A stretch of DNA of 64,000 nucleotides, taken from assembly GCA_032718475.1 (NCBI GenBank), contig JAUCBJ010008515.1, positions 1-64,000 on the forward strand. The letters are read 5' to 3'. The notes under the pieces were generated by a model. The model searched no databases and was not told the origin of the DNA. It saw only the letters and a list, made by a program, of their open reading frames with translations. Origin of the DNA: Nemertoderma westbladi (Eukaryota > Animalia > Xenacoelomorpha). Of this stretch, positions 11,485 through 23,473 are shown in pieces. How positions within the stretch are numbered: position 1 is the first letter of the stretch; every line of letters starts with the position of its first letter. A program made the translations under genes and the position numbers.

Positions 11485-14200
11485 ATGAGTGGTAAGAGGT
11501 ATAACAGTAGAGAGGCTCTACAAATATTAATGAATGAATCTGATTGTCCCGAGTTTGACAATTTTGGAGATTTAGAAGTCATGGATATCGATAATTCAAA
11601 TGATAACATCGATGACTTACGAGATCTGGAAATAATGAATGTTTTTGATAACAGTAATGCAATACATATTTCGCCACCAATGATAGAGGAAGATGGTAAC
11701 ATGGTGAAAAGTTTTGAAGATCCAGATATCATGGATAACTCATTTGATAACTTGATCAATGAAATAGGAGATGTAGAAAGTATGGATGATGTTGATAAGG
11801 ATAACATTGAATACCTGAATATATTAATAGAAAACGAAAATATTCGAATTTCACCAACAATGTCAGAAGTTGGAAACATTGTGAATAATGTTGATCATAG
11901 CTATGCTAGCCCCAAAAGTAAATCAGACCGTGGAAGACGATTAAAGCCGAAATACGGAAGGCATACTGTTAAATATCTAAGAACAAATAATAAGAGAGCT
12001 AAACTTAAAGGCTTGGCATATAGGAAAAACAGAGGTAAGGGGAATATAGTGGCTCCAAAATCTGTGGTTGAGCTCAAGGATAATTTTTGTTGTAAACGGC
12101 TTATGTGTGTTGACAAATTTTCACCAGAACAAAGGCAAGTAATTTTCGAAGAATTCTACGATCTCGGAAGTATTAATGAAAAATATGCATGGGTTGTTTC
12201 TCATTCAAAGATAATTCCTAAAAAAAGTGGAATAGTGACACTTGAACTGCGCAAGAGACGCCAAAGAATAGATAAACGTTTATTCTTTATCCAGAGTGGG
12301 TTGGAGGTAGAAGTATGTAAACCATTCTTCCTTACTACATTGGGATACAAGGCATCAAACAACAGGATACTAAAAACATGTATGATGAAGTCGTGCGAGA
12401 GTGAAAGTCGATTTTTGGACCACAGCTTTGAAGAAAGTGGGGATCGACGTGGTAAAAAAGCCCCACCAAACAAATTATCAGATAGTGATAGGTGCTATAT
12501 ACGACAACACATCGAGTCTTTTCCATCATTACCATCACACTATGCTCGCAAAGGTACAAACAGGCTATATTACCAAGGAGATTTAACTCAGAAACGGATG
12601 ATTGACGACTATAAATCAAAGTGCATGAAAGATGGGGTCAAGGTTCGCTGTGAAAGAGTATACAGAGATATTTTTAATAATGAGTACAATATTGGATTTC
12701 ATAATCCTCGCAAGGATGATTGTGCAAAATGTGCAGTGGAATTTATATTGAAGGGTGACGAAAGAGATCGTTATGTTAAAGAAGTAAAGGAACCCCACTT
12801 AGAACGGCATCATCAATGCCAAGCAGAAAAGGAAAAGGATAAGGTGATTTCCAAACAAAATTTATCATTTCGGTCGGTAAATTTTGATCTACAGAGTGTA
12901 TTGCAAGCTCCATGTAGCAATGTGTCAAGCTTCTATTATAAGAGGAAACTTCAGGTGTACAACTTCACCATATACAACCAACGAAACCATGATGGTCATT
13001 GTTTTCTATGGGATGAAACAACTGGAGAACGTGGATCCAATGAACTAGCTAGTTGTATATGGTGTTATATTAAGGGTCTTCCACCTGTGGTAAAACATTT
13101 AGCGACATTTAGTGATACTTGTGCAGGTCAAAATCGGAACCAAAATCTTGCTGCTATGTGTTTGTACGCAGTCACACAAACATCATTAGAGACAATTGAT
13201 TTAAAGTATCTTGAAAGTGGACATAGCTATATGGAAGGGGACAGCATGCACTCCGCAATAGAGTATGCTAAATCTAATCAGGTAGTAGAAGTTCCTAATG
13301 ATTGGACAAATATAATTCTAGGAGCGAGGCGAAATAATCCATATAAGATCACTTGGTTAAAACAAAGTGATATCTACGATTTCAAGAAACTATGTAAGGT
13401 TCTTATTGTTAACCGTCGTGTAATAAGTGACATTAGTGTCAATGATACAGTTGAAAAACAGATCAGTGTGGAGGTTGGTGTAGGGAATGGTGGACAGGTG
13501 AATGGTGAACGAAGGTGTGAACGAATAGGTGAATGTAGTGGTGAACAGGTCGTTGAAGAAAGGGGTGGATTTATTGGTGGAAGGAGTGGTGAACAGGTCA
13601 TTGAAGAAAGGGGTGGATGTATTGGTGGACAGAGTTGTGAACAGGTCATTGAAGAAAGGGGTGGATGTATGTGGATGTGGATGTATGTGGCGTATTGGTG
13701 AATGTAATGGTAAACAGGTCGGTGACCAAATTTGTAAAATGATCAATAAACGGAGCTGTATAAAACAGAAAAAACAGTATGTTAACTGGCTTAAGGTCAA
13801 ATGGATGAGGTTTCAGAAAACAAATACAAACATCATTCAGTTTAAATACAGCTTTAGTGAGGATGAACCATTTAAAGTTGTTGAAATTAAACCAAAAGTT
13901 GAAACTAAAGTTGGAGACAGATGCAATCTACGTAGTAAAGGAAAGGGGAAAAAGCAAAATTTTAAAGGAAAAGCTACAGGTAAAGAAGTTTATGCAGCAG
14001 GTAAGAATCTCCCATCTCTGTCTCTAGCTTTCACTGGTCCCCGTAAGATTAGTCTAAAGAAAAAAAAAGATTTACTTGATATTTGCCAACAAGGTCTTAT
14101 ATCAAAAACAAACTGGGCTTATTACGAAACACTGTCGGAATCTCAATTCGTGAATGATGATATCATAGTTGCGGGAAATGACGAAATTGAAAGTGATTAA
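11485..14200 (+). CDS. Sola1 transposase (DDD) with one frameshift near 13670-13700
   Basis: Motifs VC..FF..TLG, SHY.R, F..PRKDDC..C, FDLQ, YYKRKL.VYNFTIY, WDE..G.RGSNE..SC, SDTCAGQNRN, GHSYMEGDSMHS.IE. The C-terminal part (VNWLKVKW...KKKDL) is in the overlapping ORF 13529-14200. Confidence 0.88.
13490..13725 (+). repeat. 48-bp coding tandem repeat inside the Sola transposase
   Basis: gtgaacagg recurs at 13541, 13589 and 13637 (period 48). The next unit starts at 13710, 25 nt late. Confidence 0.85.
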
Positions 14201-15314
14201 ACTTTATGTTGGTTTATCTTTAGATAATTCTGTTATAAACAATACAACTATTGAAAAATAACAATATATATTAATCAACAACAAAACATTTGTTTGTATA
14301 ATTGTATATTACTCCTAATAATTCGGAGGGGGGGGGGGGGGGGGGGGGTGGGGGGGCTTTGCGAAACTTAATGGAAAAAAGTTTGTAAAATGTCCTATGT
14401 CGCATAAATATTTAAGTTGGTAAAACGTCCTATGTTATAAACATAAAAAATATTGGTTATATATAATGTATAATGTCCTATGTCGCATTAAAATATAAAT
14501 TGGTAAAACGTCCTATGTTGCAAATTTGTCAAAAAGCCCTACAAGGAGGCAGTTTATCTGTATTTCTGGTATCAGAAAACGATTCAACACCCTTTTAAAG
14601 TTAGAAAGAGATATAAAACAGTGTAAATGTGCATTTTTGTTAAAATAGTAAACAAAAAACGTGTTTTCTCAGAACAACTTTTTTAGACTTAGGACCTTTT
14701 ACCACCCGCCCCACGATATGGTATCTTAATTTGGGGAAAAACCCATTCTTCTACGCTTAAACCCCTACGTACCAAAATTAATAAAATAATTCGTTGTATT
14801 ACATTTTCTCACAGCCGTTCATCATCCAACCCTATTTACAAATCGTTATCTATTTTACCCATTGACCTCCTATACAAACATCAAACCGCCTTACTTATTT
14901 ATGTACGACGCAAATAATAACACTATTCTTCCAACCTCCCCCATCGGTAAATTATTTAAAAAAATCTCTCATGGATATTCTACCCGCTTAGCTGCCTCTT
15001 TTGGTTTCATCGTCCCTTTAGTTAGATTAGATTCCTCCCAATGCTCTATCCGTTATCAGGGCCAAACCATCTGGAACTCGGTTCCCTCTGAAATCAAGAT
15101 AAAAAATTCTAAAAACTCATTCTCAAAGTCTTATAAACGACATTCTCTAAATTATATTTAAATCTCTGATAACATAACTCTATTCCAACATACGCCATGC
15201 GATAACCCCATTTATTTTTCACGACATAACGTCCTGTGTTTGAAATGATCCACCTCGGTACTACATAACTTGCAGTATACTGTACTGTACACCATAAGCA
15301 CTTCATTAAATTCA

Positions 15315-15505
15315 GCCTAATCTGAGCAACAAACTATGAGTCCACTATGAGTCCATAGCTTTCCAGTTAGCTTCTTGAACTGGGTTCCAGTCGAAAACAA
15401 TCCATTTCCAGATATAAAATCCTGAAGATGGACGGAATTTCGGTTAACACTATTGCTATAGACCCAGGGCGATGTAGGTGATTGATGCAGACTTGCATTC
15501 AAGTC
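15315..15505 (-). pseudogene. RTE-like endonuclease fragment
   Basis: NRNSVHLQDF...LFSTGTQFKK..GKLWTH resembles the C-terminal part of the RTE APE domain. Confidence 0.6.
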
Positions 15506-15519
15506 TCACAGGAATGATA

Positions 15520-16450
15520 AGAATGCATATACTAGTGGTTTCTGTGTTGCCAAATTGAGTTGGCAGCCGGCCAATATTTAAGGTGCATTCTAGAATTTTT
15601 ATTATATGCTCACATATGGTGTCGCTGTCAGTTTGATTGAGATGTTCTATGGTTAGGGATTCGCGGTCAGGTGCCTTTCCTTTAGATAGAGACAATATGG
15701 CTTTCCGGATCCATGTATCTGGTATAACTGGTGTTTGGGAATTTAAGCACCTTTTGTTTACTTGATCCTTAATATTTTCTTTAGTCTCGGTGTCCAATTT
15801 TGCTGGGGTTCCCAAACTGTCCTTATAGTAGTTGCGTCTAGATTCCTGTGTGGTGATGGAGGAGGTGGTTGGTGGTTCACTTTTTTTGGTTGAGAAAAAG
15901 TGCCAGAATTGTTTGGGGTCTTTAATTCTCTTGTTAGAATAAAATCGAACTTTGTCCTGTAATCTGTTGTTTGTTAGAAAATTTCGTAGGTTACTGGTTG
16001 CCTTTTTGGATTCCCGAAAAGCAGTGTGCAGTTCACTGTATGTGACCATGCGTTGTGAAGCCTTTAGGTAGTTCGTGAATACTAATGAAGTTTATTGTTG
16101 CGTATCCGAATATTCTTGGTTTTCCTGAGGACTTTGACTTGATTAATAGATTTTAATACAGCTACTTGCAGAATATTTGTCAGAGCAAACATATAATGTT
16201 CCATTGTGTCAAAACTCCATGAGGACGGAGATTGTGGAAATTCACATTCAAGAATATTGAGTTCGTTTGCAATCATTGAATTATATTCATCTAGTTTTGA
16301 GGTTGGGGTTTTCGCCCATTGGTATCTTGGTTGAGAGTGTGTGCTTCTACATTTAGTTTCATTTTGTGGTTGGGGGATGGGTAACTGGATGCTGCAGTAT
16401 ACTTGAGCATGATCGGATTGATTGAGTGCATGGTTTATGCTTTTTTTTTT
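15520..16450 (-). pseudogene. Non-LTR retrotransposon ORF2 fragment (linker plus RT N-terminus)
   Basis: DPKQFW, AILSLSKGKAPD..SLTIEHL, ..GRLPTQF. Broken by stops upstream. Confidence 0.65.
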
Positions 16451-16589
16451 GCTTAGATTATTTGTATAACCCAGCTACGGTGATCCAATGCATTAGAGAT
16501 GTCATAGGGGCTGAAGTACAATAATAATAGTCAATAGGATGTTGCCAAGATAATAATGTAGAATGGTCATGATAATAATAGATATCATA

Positions 16590-19092
16590 TATCAGTCAGG
16601 GATTTGTACAGATGAGGCGATAAGTAGTATTATTTCAACTTCAACACATTACAACCGGTGTTGGTACATCCATAGCCATTTTTCTGAGTCCCTTGAAAGG
16701 CTTATGTTTGAACGATTTGTAATGGAACAACCCGAATTTGAGTGGAGGATATCAAAATCAAAGCAAAATTTAGGTACTGATCTCGCAAAAGAAAAATGGG
16801 AACACGACAAATACATTTTGCAGCAGTACAGTAAATTTACCAATGACTGCAAATTAGGTGTCTGCGGTATTACTCCTATGTTTTGGACAACTTGATACCT
16901 TGAAATATACACTGCAATCCAAGCTCTTCACTGCGCAGTACAAACAAATAACTACCATTTGCAATTATATGCATGGAAGTATCTTATAGCATGGGGGTTT
17001 TCACTAAACAAACAAAACTATTTTCGATTTGGCTCATATTACATCAGAAGTTTAGAGACTATAGACATATCCCACCCAGGTTGCCGACAAATTTTTCAAG
17101 AAAAGGGCTTATCTGTCCAGGTACGCAGGACAAATTCTTATGCCGCACTTCCATAGATCAACGAGGGGAGCAGACCATAAACAAAGGTGCTAAAGTAGCT
17201 GGTGGTATCAAGTACTTTGCCACAAATGAAGATGCAGTACTCAGTACGTAAATGGACATTGAATCGAGCTGCACAAGCAGATAACACCAAAGCTCTGTGC
17301 GAAATGGCTAATATTAAGCGACACTCTGAAGTATACAAGTTACTCCGTCCTTCTGGTATTATTAAATCTGAAAAACTCATCCAGCAAATGTTAAACGTGA
17401 TGAAAACAGAGTATCTGAATCCTTTTGAACTTCGTTTAAAACCCGACAAGCTTTACAATTTGAGTTCTGGTATTCCAATAAAAGAGGAAAAGGCAATTGA
17501 AATATTGGCTGTAAATAAAAATGGAATAGCAGAATGTACAAAATTTACTACTGAAAGATTGGATAACTGTAATGTAAAGTTTTTTGACCCCATAACACGC
17601 ATGAATGTAACATTGTTCAAGGATACGGGAAGAAATATTCAGGTTAATGGAGCGGGGAAGACTAAAGTTGTACAAGTAAATCGCAATATATTAGGTGCTC
17701 TTCTGGCACACATCGGGAAAATTAATCGATTTTAAGAAAGCACTGGAATATCCACTTAGTCCTGTACGTCTGTTAGTCGCATATCCAGACGGATCACCAA
17801 GAATGACGACAAAGAGTCAACTCATGGATAATGTTCTATCATATTTTGACAAACCAAATGACCAAAAATCAATTCGATGAAAGTAATTTGAATGGTAATG
17901 TGAAGTGCTATATGCTCGATCTTATAGCAGAAATTAGATCCTTCGTGTCGCCTGGCAAAACCTATGAAGATCGTGTTTTTGGAATTTTGAAAAAGATACC
18001 AAAAGGAATAGACCGTATTGACATAATTGCAGACACCTACAATGATAGAAATTCCATAAAAACAGGCACAGACGAGGCACTTCGACAACCATAGTCATTA
18101 AGTCACCGAAATCGATAACGCCAAGAAATTATTTGTCTGATTTTTTTCTCAACAGTGACAATAAAAATAGACTTATTGATATCATACAAGAACAAATAAC
18201 ATATTGTATCTAACAAAGAGAGAATAATTGATGACCTCCAATGTAAATTTATATTATATTCAAAATACTGTTCATGTAGTAAGATTGATAAACATTATGT
18301 TAACGAAGTTGAGTACTTGCAAAGCAATCAGGAGGAGGCAGATACTAAAATCATTCTACACACTCAAGATGCTTTAAAACTTGGCTATTCACCAATACTA
18401 ATACGTTCTCCTTCTGGGGATATTGATATTACTTTACTGTTAGTACATTTTTTTCGACATCCTCACGATCAAAACGTTATTTTAGATAATGGAAGGAACA
18501 AATCCCGCAAGGTATTGCGAATTAGTGATTTCGAAATGCCAACAGAACTAAAAGACTGCGTACTAGGAGTACACGCTTTTACAGGAAACGATCAGGTTTC
18601 ATCATTCTTTGGAAAATCTAAAAAACGCTGCTGGAAGATAGCTGAAAAGCGTTCGAACTTCAGAAGAATATTTGCCGAGCTTGGAAGTTCGATAATATTA
18701 ACTGCAGAGACGGAATTGGTGTTAGAGAAATATGTGTGCTCACTGTATTCAACCAAACAAGAACAACATTGGACTGTGTTTTTAATTTGCACTGCCTAAA
18801 GAAACATAGATACCATGACTTGTCAACATTGCCCCCTTGTAAAAGAGTACTTAGTCTCCATATAAAACGAGCCAACTATGTTGACCTCTGGAAAGCATCA
18901 CTAAATAATATTATCGCGATAAATCGATTCACAGATCATGGATGGAACGTTGATGGATCCATCCAGTGGTCGGATGAGTATTTCCCTTATGACATCAGCA
19001 ATATTTTGATAAATTGTGACGAGGAACAAGAAGGCGGCAAAGATAGTGACGAAGATAGTGAAACGAGCGATGAGGATGAAGAAAGTGATTAG
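16590..19092 (+). pseudogene. Academ (AcademX-type) transposase with XPG-like nuclease domain; 5'-truncated and frameshifted
   Basis: Consecutive ORF pieces carry HYNR...SLERL, NY.R, DQRGEQTINK.AK..GGI, NPF...LYNLSSG, FFDPI, YPLSPV...DGS.R.T.KS.L, QEEADTKIILH, SGDIDI, HAFTGNDQVSSFFGKSK, LPPC...L.LHIKRANY, GW and an acidic tail. EEAD and FTG.D are XPG/FEN-like motifs typical of AcademX. Confidence 0.78.
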
Positions 19093-19199
19093 TTTAGGAC
19101 AACTTTCATGATTCATTTGGCAATATTGCCAATACATTTACATTGTACTGTATTAGTAGTAATATATTATATTTATTGATAATTACTAAAATTAAATAT

Positions 19200-19800
19200 T
19201 TAAATAACCACCAAAGTTCTGGCGACAAGGCAAAAAGGCTCTGCATATCTGATTGCACTATACCGGATGCTTCGTGTATGTGGAGACATACTGTAGGACA
19301 GTGAAGTAGAACATGATGTTCGTCCTGTACAGCTGAGTTGTCGCACTGACAGACTCGCATATCCCGCGGGGTTCTACTCCAGCGATCTCGTTTCTTAAAC
19401 TATGTGAGCTTAACCTGATTCGTGTAAAAGCAATACGTCTATAGTCCGGAATATAACAGTTTTCTACCTTATAACTAAGATGTGATAAAAGATATGAATT
19501 TACTATACTCCTGTACGTAACAAATTTTGTAGCGGACATCGGTTTGTGACTTATACGCTGTCTTACAGTACCTTAAGTGGGTCTGTAATATCAAATTCTA
19601 ATGAAGAATTTAGTAACTTATAACCAGGAGTGTTTGCATTCTTACATAATTTGAATATACAGTGGAAAGAAATATCCATATCTATGTTCTTAAGCATTTT
19701 GTAATAAATTTTTTCCGAGCCTTAAGAATACGTTATACCTTAATGGTGGAACCCCCGATTCGACTAAACAGAGTTCTATAAGAATTTGTACACGGACATT
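19200..19800 (-). pseudogene. Non-LTR retrotransposon 3' fragment with C-terminal CCHC finger
   Basis: RRIAFTRIRLSSHSLRNE followed by CQC...QDEHHVLLHCP across a frameshift. Confidence 0.75.
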
Positions 19801-21360
19801 TAATAGTATTTTACCATCCTACACGCCTTCCAATGTTGATATATTTATTACCTTACAGAAAACTATATAAGATATTACTATTCCTTTAATACTCTCGATT
19901 TACTGATATACCTACCTACTTACTTAATTGTAATATATTAATTGATTGCATGGCATTTCTGTTCTATACGTTACTTTTATGGCAAATTACTGTATATCCC
20001 CTCTGGTAAACAAAAAACGAGAATAATTGGTTGATGTTAAATAAATTATTACAATTATATTGAAGTAATGACTATTTATTTTAGTAAATATTATTTTCCT
20101 AATTGCTAAGAATATTATAACTTTTCTTCGGTTTTTGTCACAACATAATAAGCTACTGTAGTAGAAATGATTGAAAGCGAAAGTATAAATTCTGACTCTC
20201 AGAATATCAGCTCCATCTTTCTATTATTTTTATAAGAATTTTAAACGATCTGTGACTCAGTTTATGTATAAGCGCATGAACTTTGTATAATATAGTAAAA
20301 AACAATTAATGTAAAGTAAGGACTCGCCTACACTGGTACACAACATACAGTACAGTAGTTGCCTAGTAACTGTAGGCCTACAGTAGTAAATATTTTCTAT
20401 AAGAAAAATGTGCATTTGACGTCTAACATGGTCCTCCATCCAAAAATAATAGTCCCGTTTATTTACCGAAGGTATTGCGCTTAACGCCGCCAGAGCCCGT
20501 ACTAAAAAGATTGCGTATAATTTTTGGGTTTTCTGCTGATATATTCAACAAATCTCATTTACTTTCTTAGACATTGGAGGGCGATTTAAATAAAAATGAT
20601 TGATACTTGAATAAGTACGACAAATGGATATAATTTACCAATAATTAATTACATACTAATAATATAAATAATACCAGTAGAACCTAATAATAATAAATCT
20701 ACTCTACAAAAGCTACTGTATGCATAACAGTGAAAGGCAATCATAGGCAATAGGGCCTAATACATATGGCTAAAATAATAAGTGCCGTTATGCCCAAATC
20801 TTTAGGTGTGGCGTGAACAAACGCCTTTTATAAGTCTGGCTATGACTGTTTGGACTGATTACAGCTACCTTCGGACTGTAGGTTATTTACTTTCAGTTTA
20901 TTCGTGTCTTTATCAGATACAATCAGACTGAACTATACAGCCGTCAGTTATTTAGGATTCGCAGTTTGATATTACATAGTTCAATTCGATACTGTCTGAA
21001 GGGTCGGCCGCAAAGTTTTCAAGACAGTACCGTATACAGTTGTTGTCGGTGCATGAGAAACTCCAAAACTAGACGAATATCACTGATCTGGTGCTACTTC
21101 TGTAGGCCTCCTGTTACCGGTACCACAACCTCCCATGATCCTGAACTTTACTTGTTTTCCAATAAACTCCTCGATAAGTTTCTTTACCTGAAACAATTAT
21201 TAAATAAATTATTATATATTGACAACCCTTGGCATAATAGTTAGGACATAGCACACATTATATGAATTAACAGTTATGCTATAGAAGACAACAAATTTCA
21301 TTATAATATTATTATCTATTATCATTATTTTTAATGATTAAAATTATTAGAATTGTGAAA

Positions 21361-21475
21361 ATCAATACAATATTAATTTCAATACAATATCAATACAATA
21401 TTAATTTCAATACAATATTAATTTCAATACAATATCAATACAATATTAATTTCAATACAATATTAATTTCAATAT
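21361..21475. repeat. Short AT-rich tandem repeat (caatacaatattaattt units)
   Basis: Repeated aatacaatat(taatttc) units are visible directly. Confidence 0.85.
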
Positions 21476-21882
21476 TTGTGGTACTTTTTAAAACAATCAC
21501 CAAGACAGAGTCCGCTTTTCACCAAACGTGTCGCAGTGGAAGCGACTTTTCTTTACTGGTTTAACTCCACTCATATAGCAGAGTAGCATACGCGGCAACG
21601 TTTCTGTGGAAACGTAACGTTAGGTGTCCCAGGAATTTTATTATGTATTCAGCGACATCCAATGAAAACATTGAAAAGCTATAAAGCCTCTTTGGTTTTG
21701 GAGTGTATTCACGTCGGTAACGTAGAAAGTAAACATTGAATTAAATGAAATCCAATCTTTGGAGACCAATCCAAACTATCGTCACTACCGACTGTAACTT
21801 CGATCCAAGTATCAGTGTTACCCATCTCAGCAAAGTCACATCCTTCGAAATTTGCTACTAATTTCTTCGAAATTATCAGCAT

Positions 21883-23065
21883 GGATCTAGGACACTTCCC
21901 CCCCGGACACGTCCCCCCCGGACACTTCCCCCCCGCCCAAGTAGGACACTTCCCCCCCGGACACTTCCCCCCCGGACACTTGCCCCCCGGACACTCCCCC
22001 CCCAGTTAAAGTGTTAAAATTAATCTGGGTGGATCAAAGCAAAAAACAAAAGTTAAAGATGGTTACAGGACAAGTTGTATCTAGACAAGTTTTTTCAAAA
22101 TTATAAAAGAAACATTTTTATAGTCAAATTTTGTTTGTTTTTCTTTTAATTCCTTTAATTCTTTTAATTTCTTTTAATTGGGAGCTGCCGCCCCCAAACC
22201 CCCGCTTCTTTTCTTGGGGGCTGCCGCCCCCAAACCCCCGCTTCTTTTCTTGGAGGTTATCGCCCCCAGACCCCGGCATTTCCCTGAGTGCCCGTGGTAA
22301 AAGACTTAAGACCATTTTGAAATAATTAATTCATGTTTGTATCATCAGATAATAAATTGACTAAGCCTAAAGTAGGAGCTGTATTGAATGTTAACCAATT
22401 TAATATATAAATTACTACAATATTATATAATTCAACAAAATCCTATTAAAAATATTGCAAGTAACCAGGAAATTTAATATGTAGTGTATAATATCTATAT
22501 AGTATGTATAGTAGTAATATGTATATCAATATGTCGTAATGCTGAACACAGAATACAGGTCGACGCATGTCGATTTTACCCTGGAGAGGTATAATTTTGA
22601 TTGCAACAATAATATTCATCCCCATCTGCTACAATTTGAAGAAGACTATTACATAATAATACCTATAATTAAAACAATTAATTATTATAATTCTATAGTT
22701 AATAAAAACAGTATATCATTCCGGGGATGGAATTTATAGGTCATCTAATATAATTAATTGTTTAAAGATTAGCAAACAATACAATGTAATTGCATTGATA
22801 AAACCCATAAATAAAACTTAGATATAAAATGTCAATTCGGGATGCAAAAGATTACTTTCTGAGCTACGAAAGGAAAATTGGATACAACTTATCTGGATAC
22901 AAGCGGTCTGTTTACCTTACAAAATGAAAAATACGAATGTGCGAAGTTAAGAACAGTCGGGGGGGAAGTGTCCGCGGGGGGGAAGTGTCTGGGGGGGAAG
23001 TGTCCGGGGGGGAAGTGTCCTACTTGAGCGGGGGGAAGTGTCCGGGGGGGAAGTGTCCGAACACC
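21883..23065. mobile_element. Foldback/MULE-like non-autonomous element with arrayed TIRs
   Basis: Left array (ggacacttccccccc)n at 21890-22003 and inverted right array (ggggggaagtgtcc)n at 22959-23058. GG...CC termini and an 8-bp TSD ATCAGCAT (21875-21882 and 23066-23073). Confidence 0.85.
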
Positions 23066-23473
23066 ATCAGCATTTTAGCCGTCTAAATTGTCTGATAATT
23101 CAGTCTACAATTCGTAGGAGAAATTATCCTTCTAAACGAAGGATAAATTTGTAGACTTTTCAAAGGTTGGATCATTTAGCTTAGTTTTGTTTAGTTATGC
23201 CTAGAGTAGTTACTGTATGTTATGTATTATCCGGCAAATACTGACGAGTATAATGATAATTATATAAGAATGCCTACTAATAATCCGAATATTTTTATCT
23301 GGGGACCATATTTAGCAGTAAATTAGTACAAAGTTATCAGTTCTTTAGAACTGTCGCTTATATAATAATATCATCTGTTGCAAAGAAAATGGATCTATAT
23401 TATGTCCAGTGCAATTTATATTGTTTATGAAATAAATCTATTAATTACTGTGTGATGTTGTGTCTGTCCTTAA

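Larger units (their letters stand above)
10810..14715 (+). mobile_element. Sola1-type DNA transposon, full length
   Basis: TIR CGTGGGGCGGGTGGTAAAA.GTCCTAAGTC at both ends. 4-bp TSD ATAT (10806-10809 and 14716-14719), which fits the AWWT preference of Sola1. Subterminal ggtaaaacgtccta repeats. Encodes a Sola-type transposase. Confidence 0.9.
7320..15161 (+). mobile_element. L2/CR1-group LINE ORF2 (PHD finger, APE endonuclease, RT), degenerate and interrupted by a solo LTR (9798-10405) and a Sola transposon (10810-14715)
   Basis: PHD-like CAIC..YH.QC...FCNFC..IFPF. APE motifs HLNCRS, FSET, GGTAIFV, IYRP, GDMNINLL, LIDHIF, TDHQP. RT motifs [35 protein letters not shown]. The frame is restored across both insertions (NDLPNATRL|FTTLFADDT; HPYLLY|GILIWG). 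Several frameshifts and stops. Confidence 0.92.
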
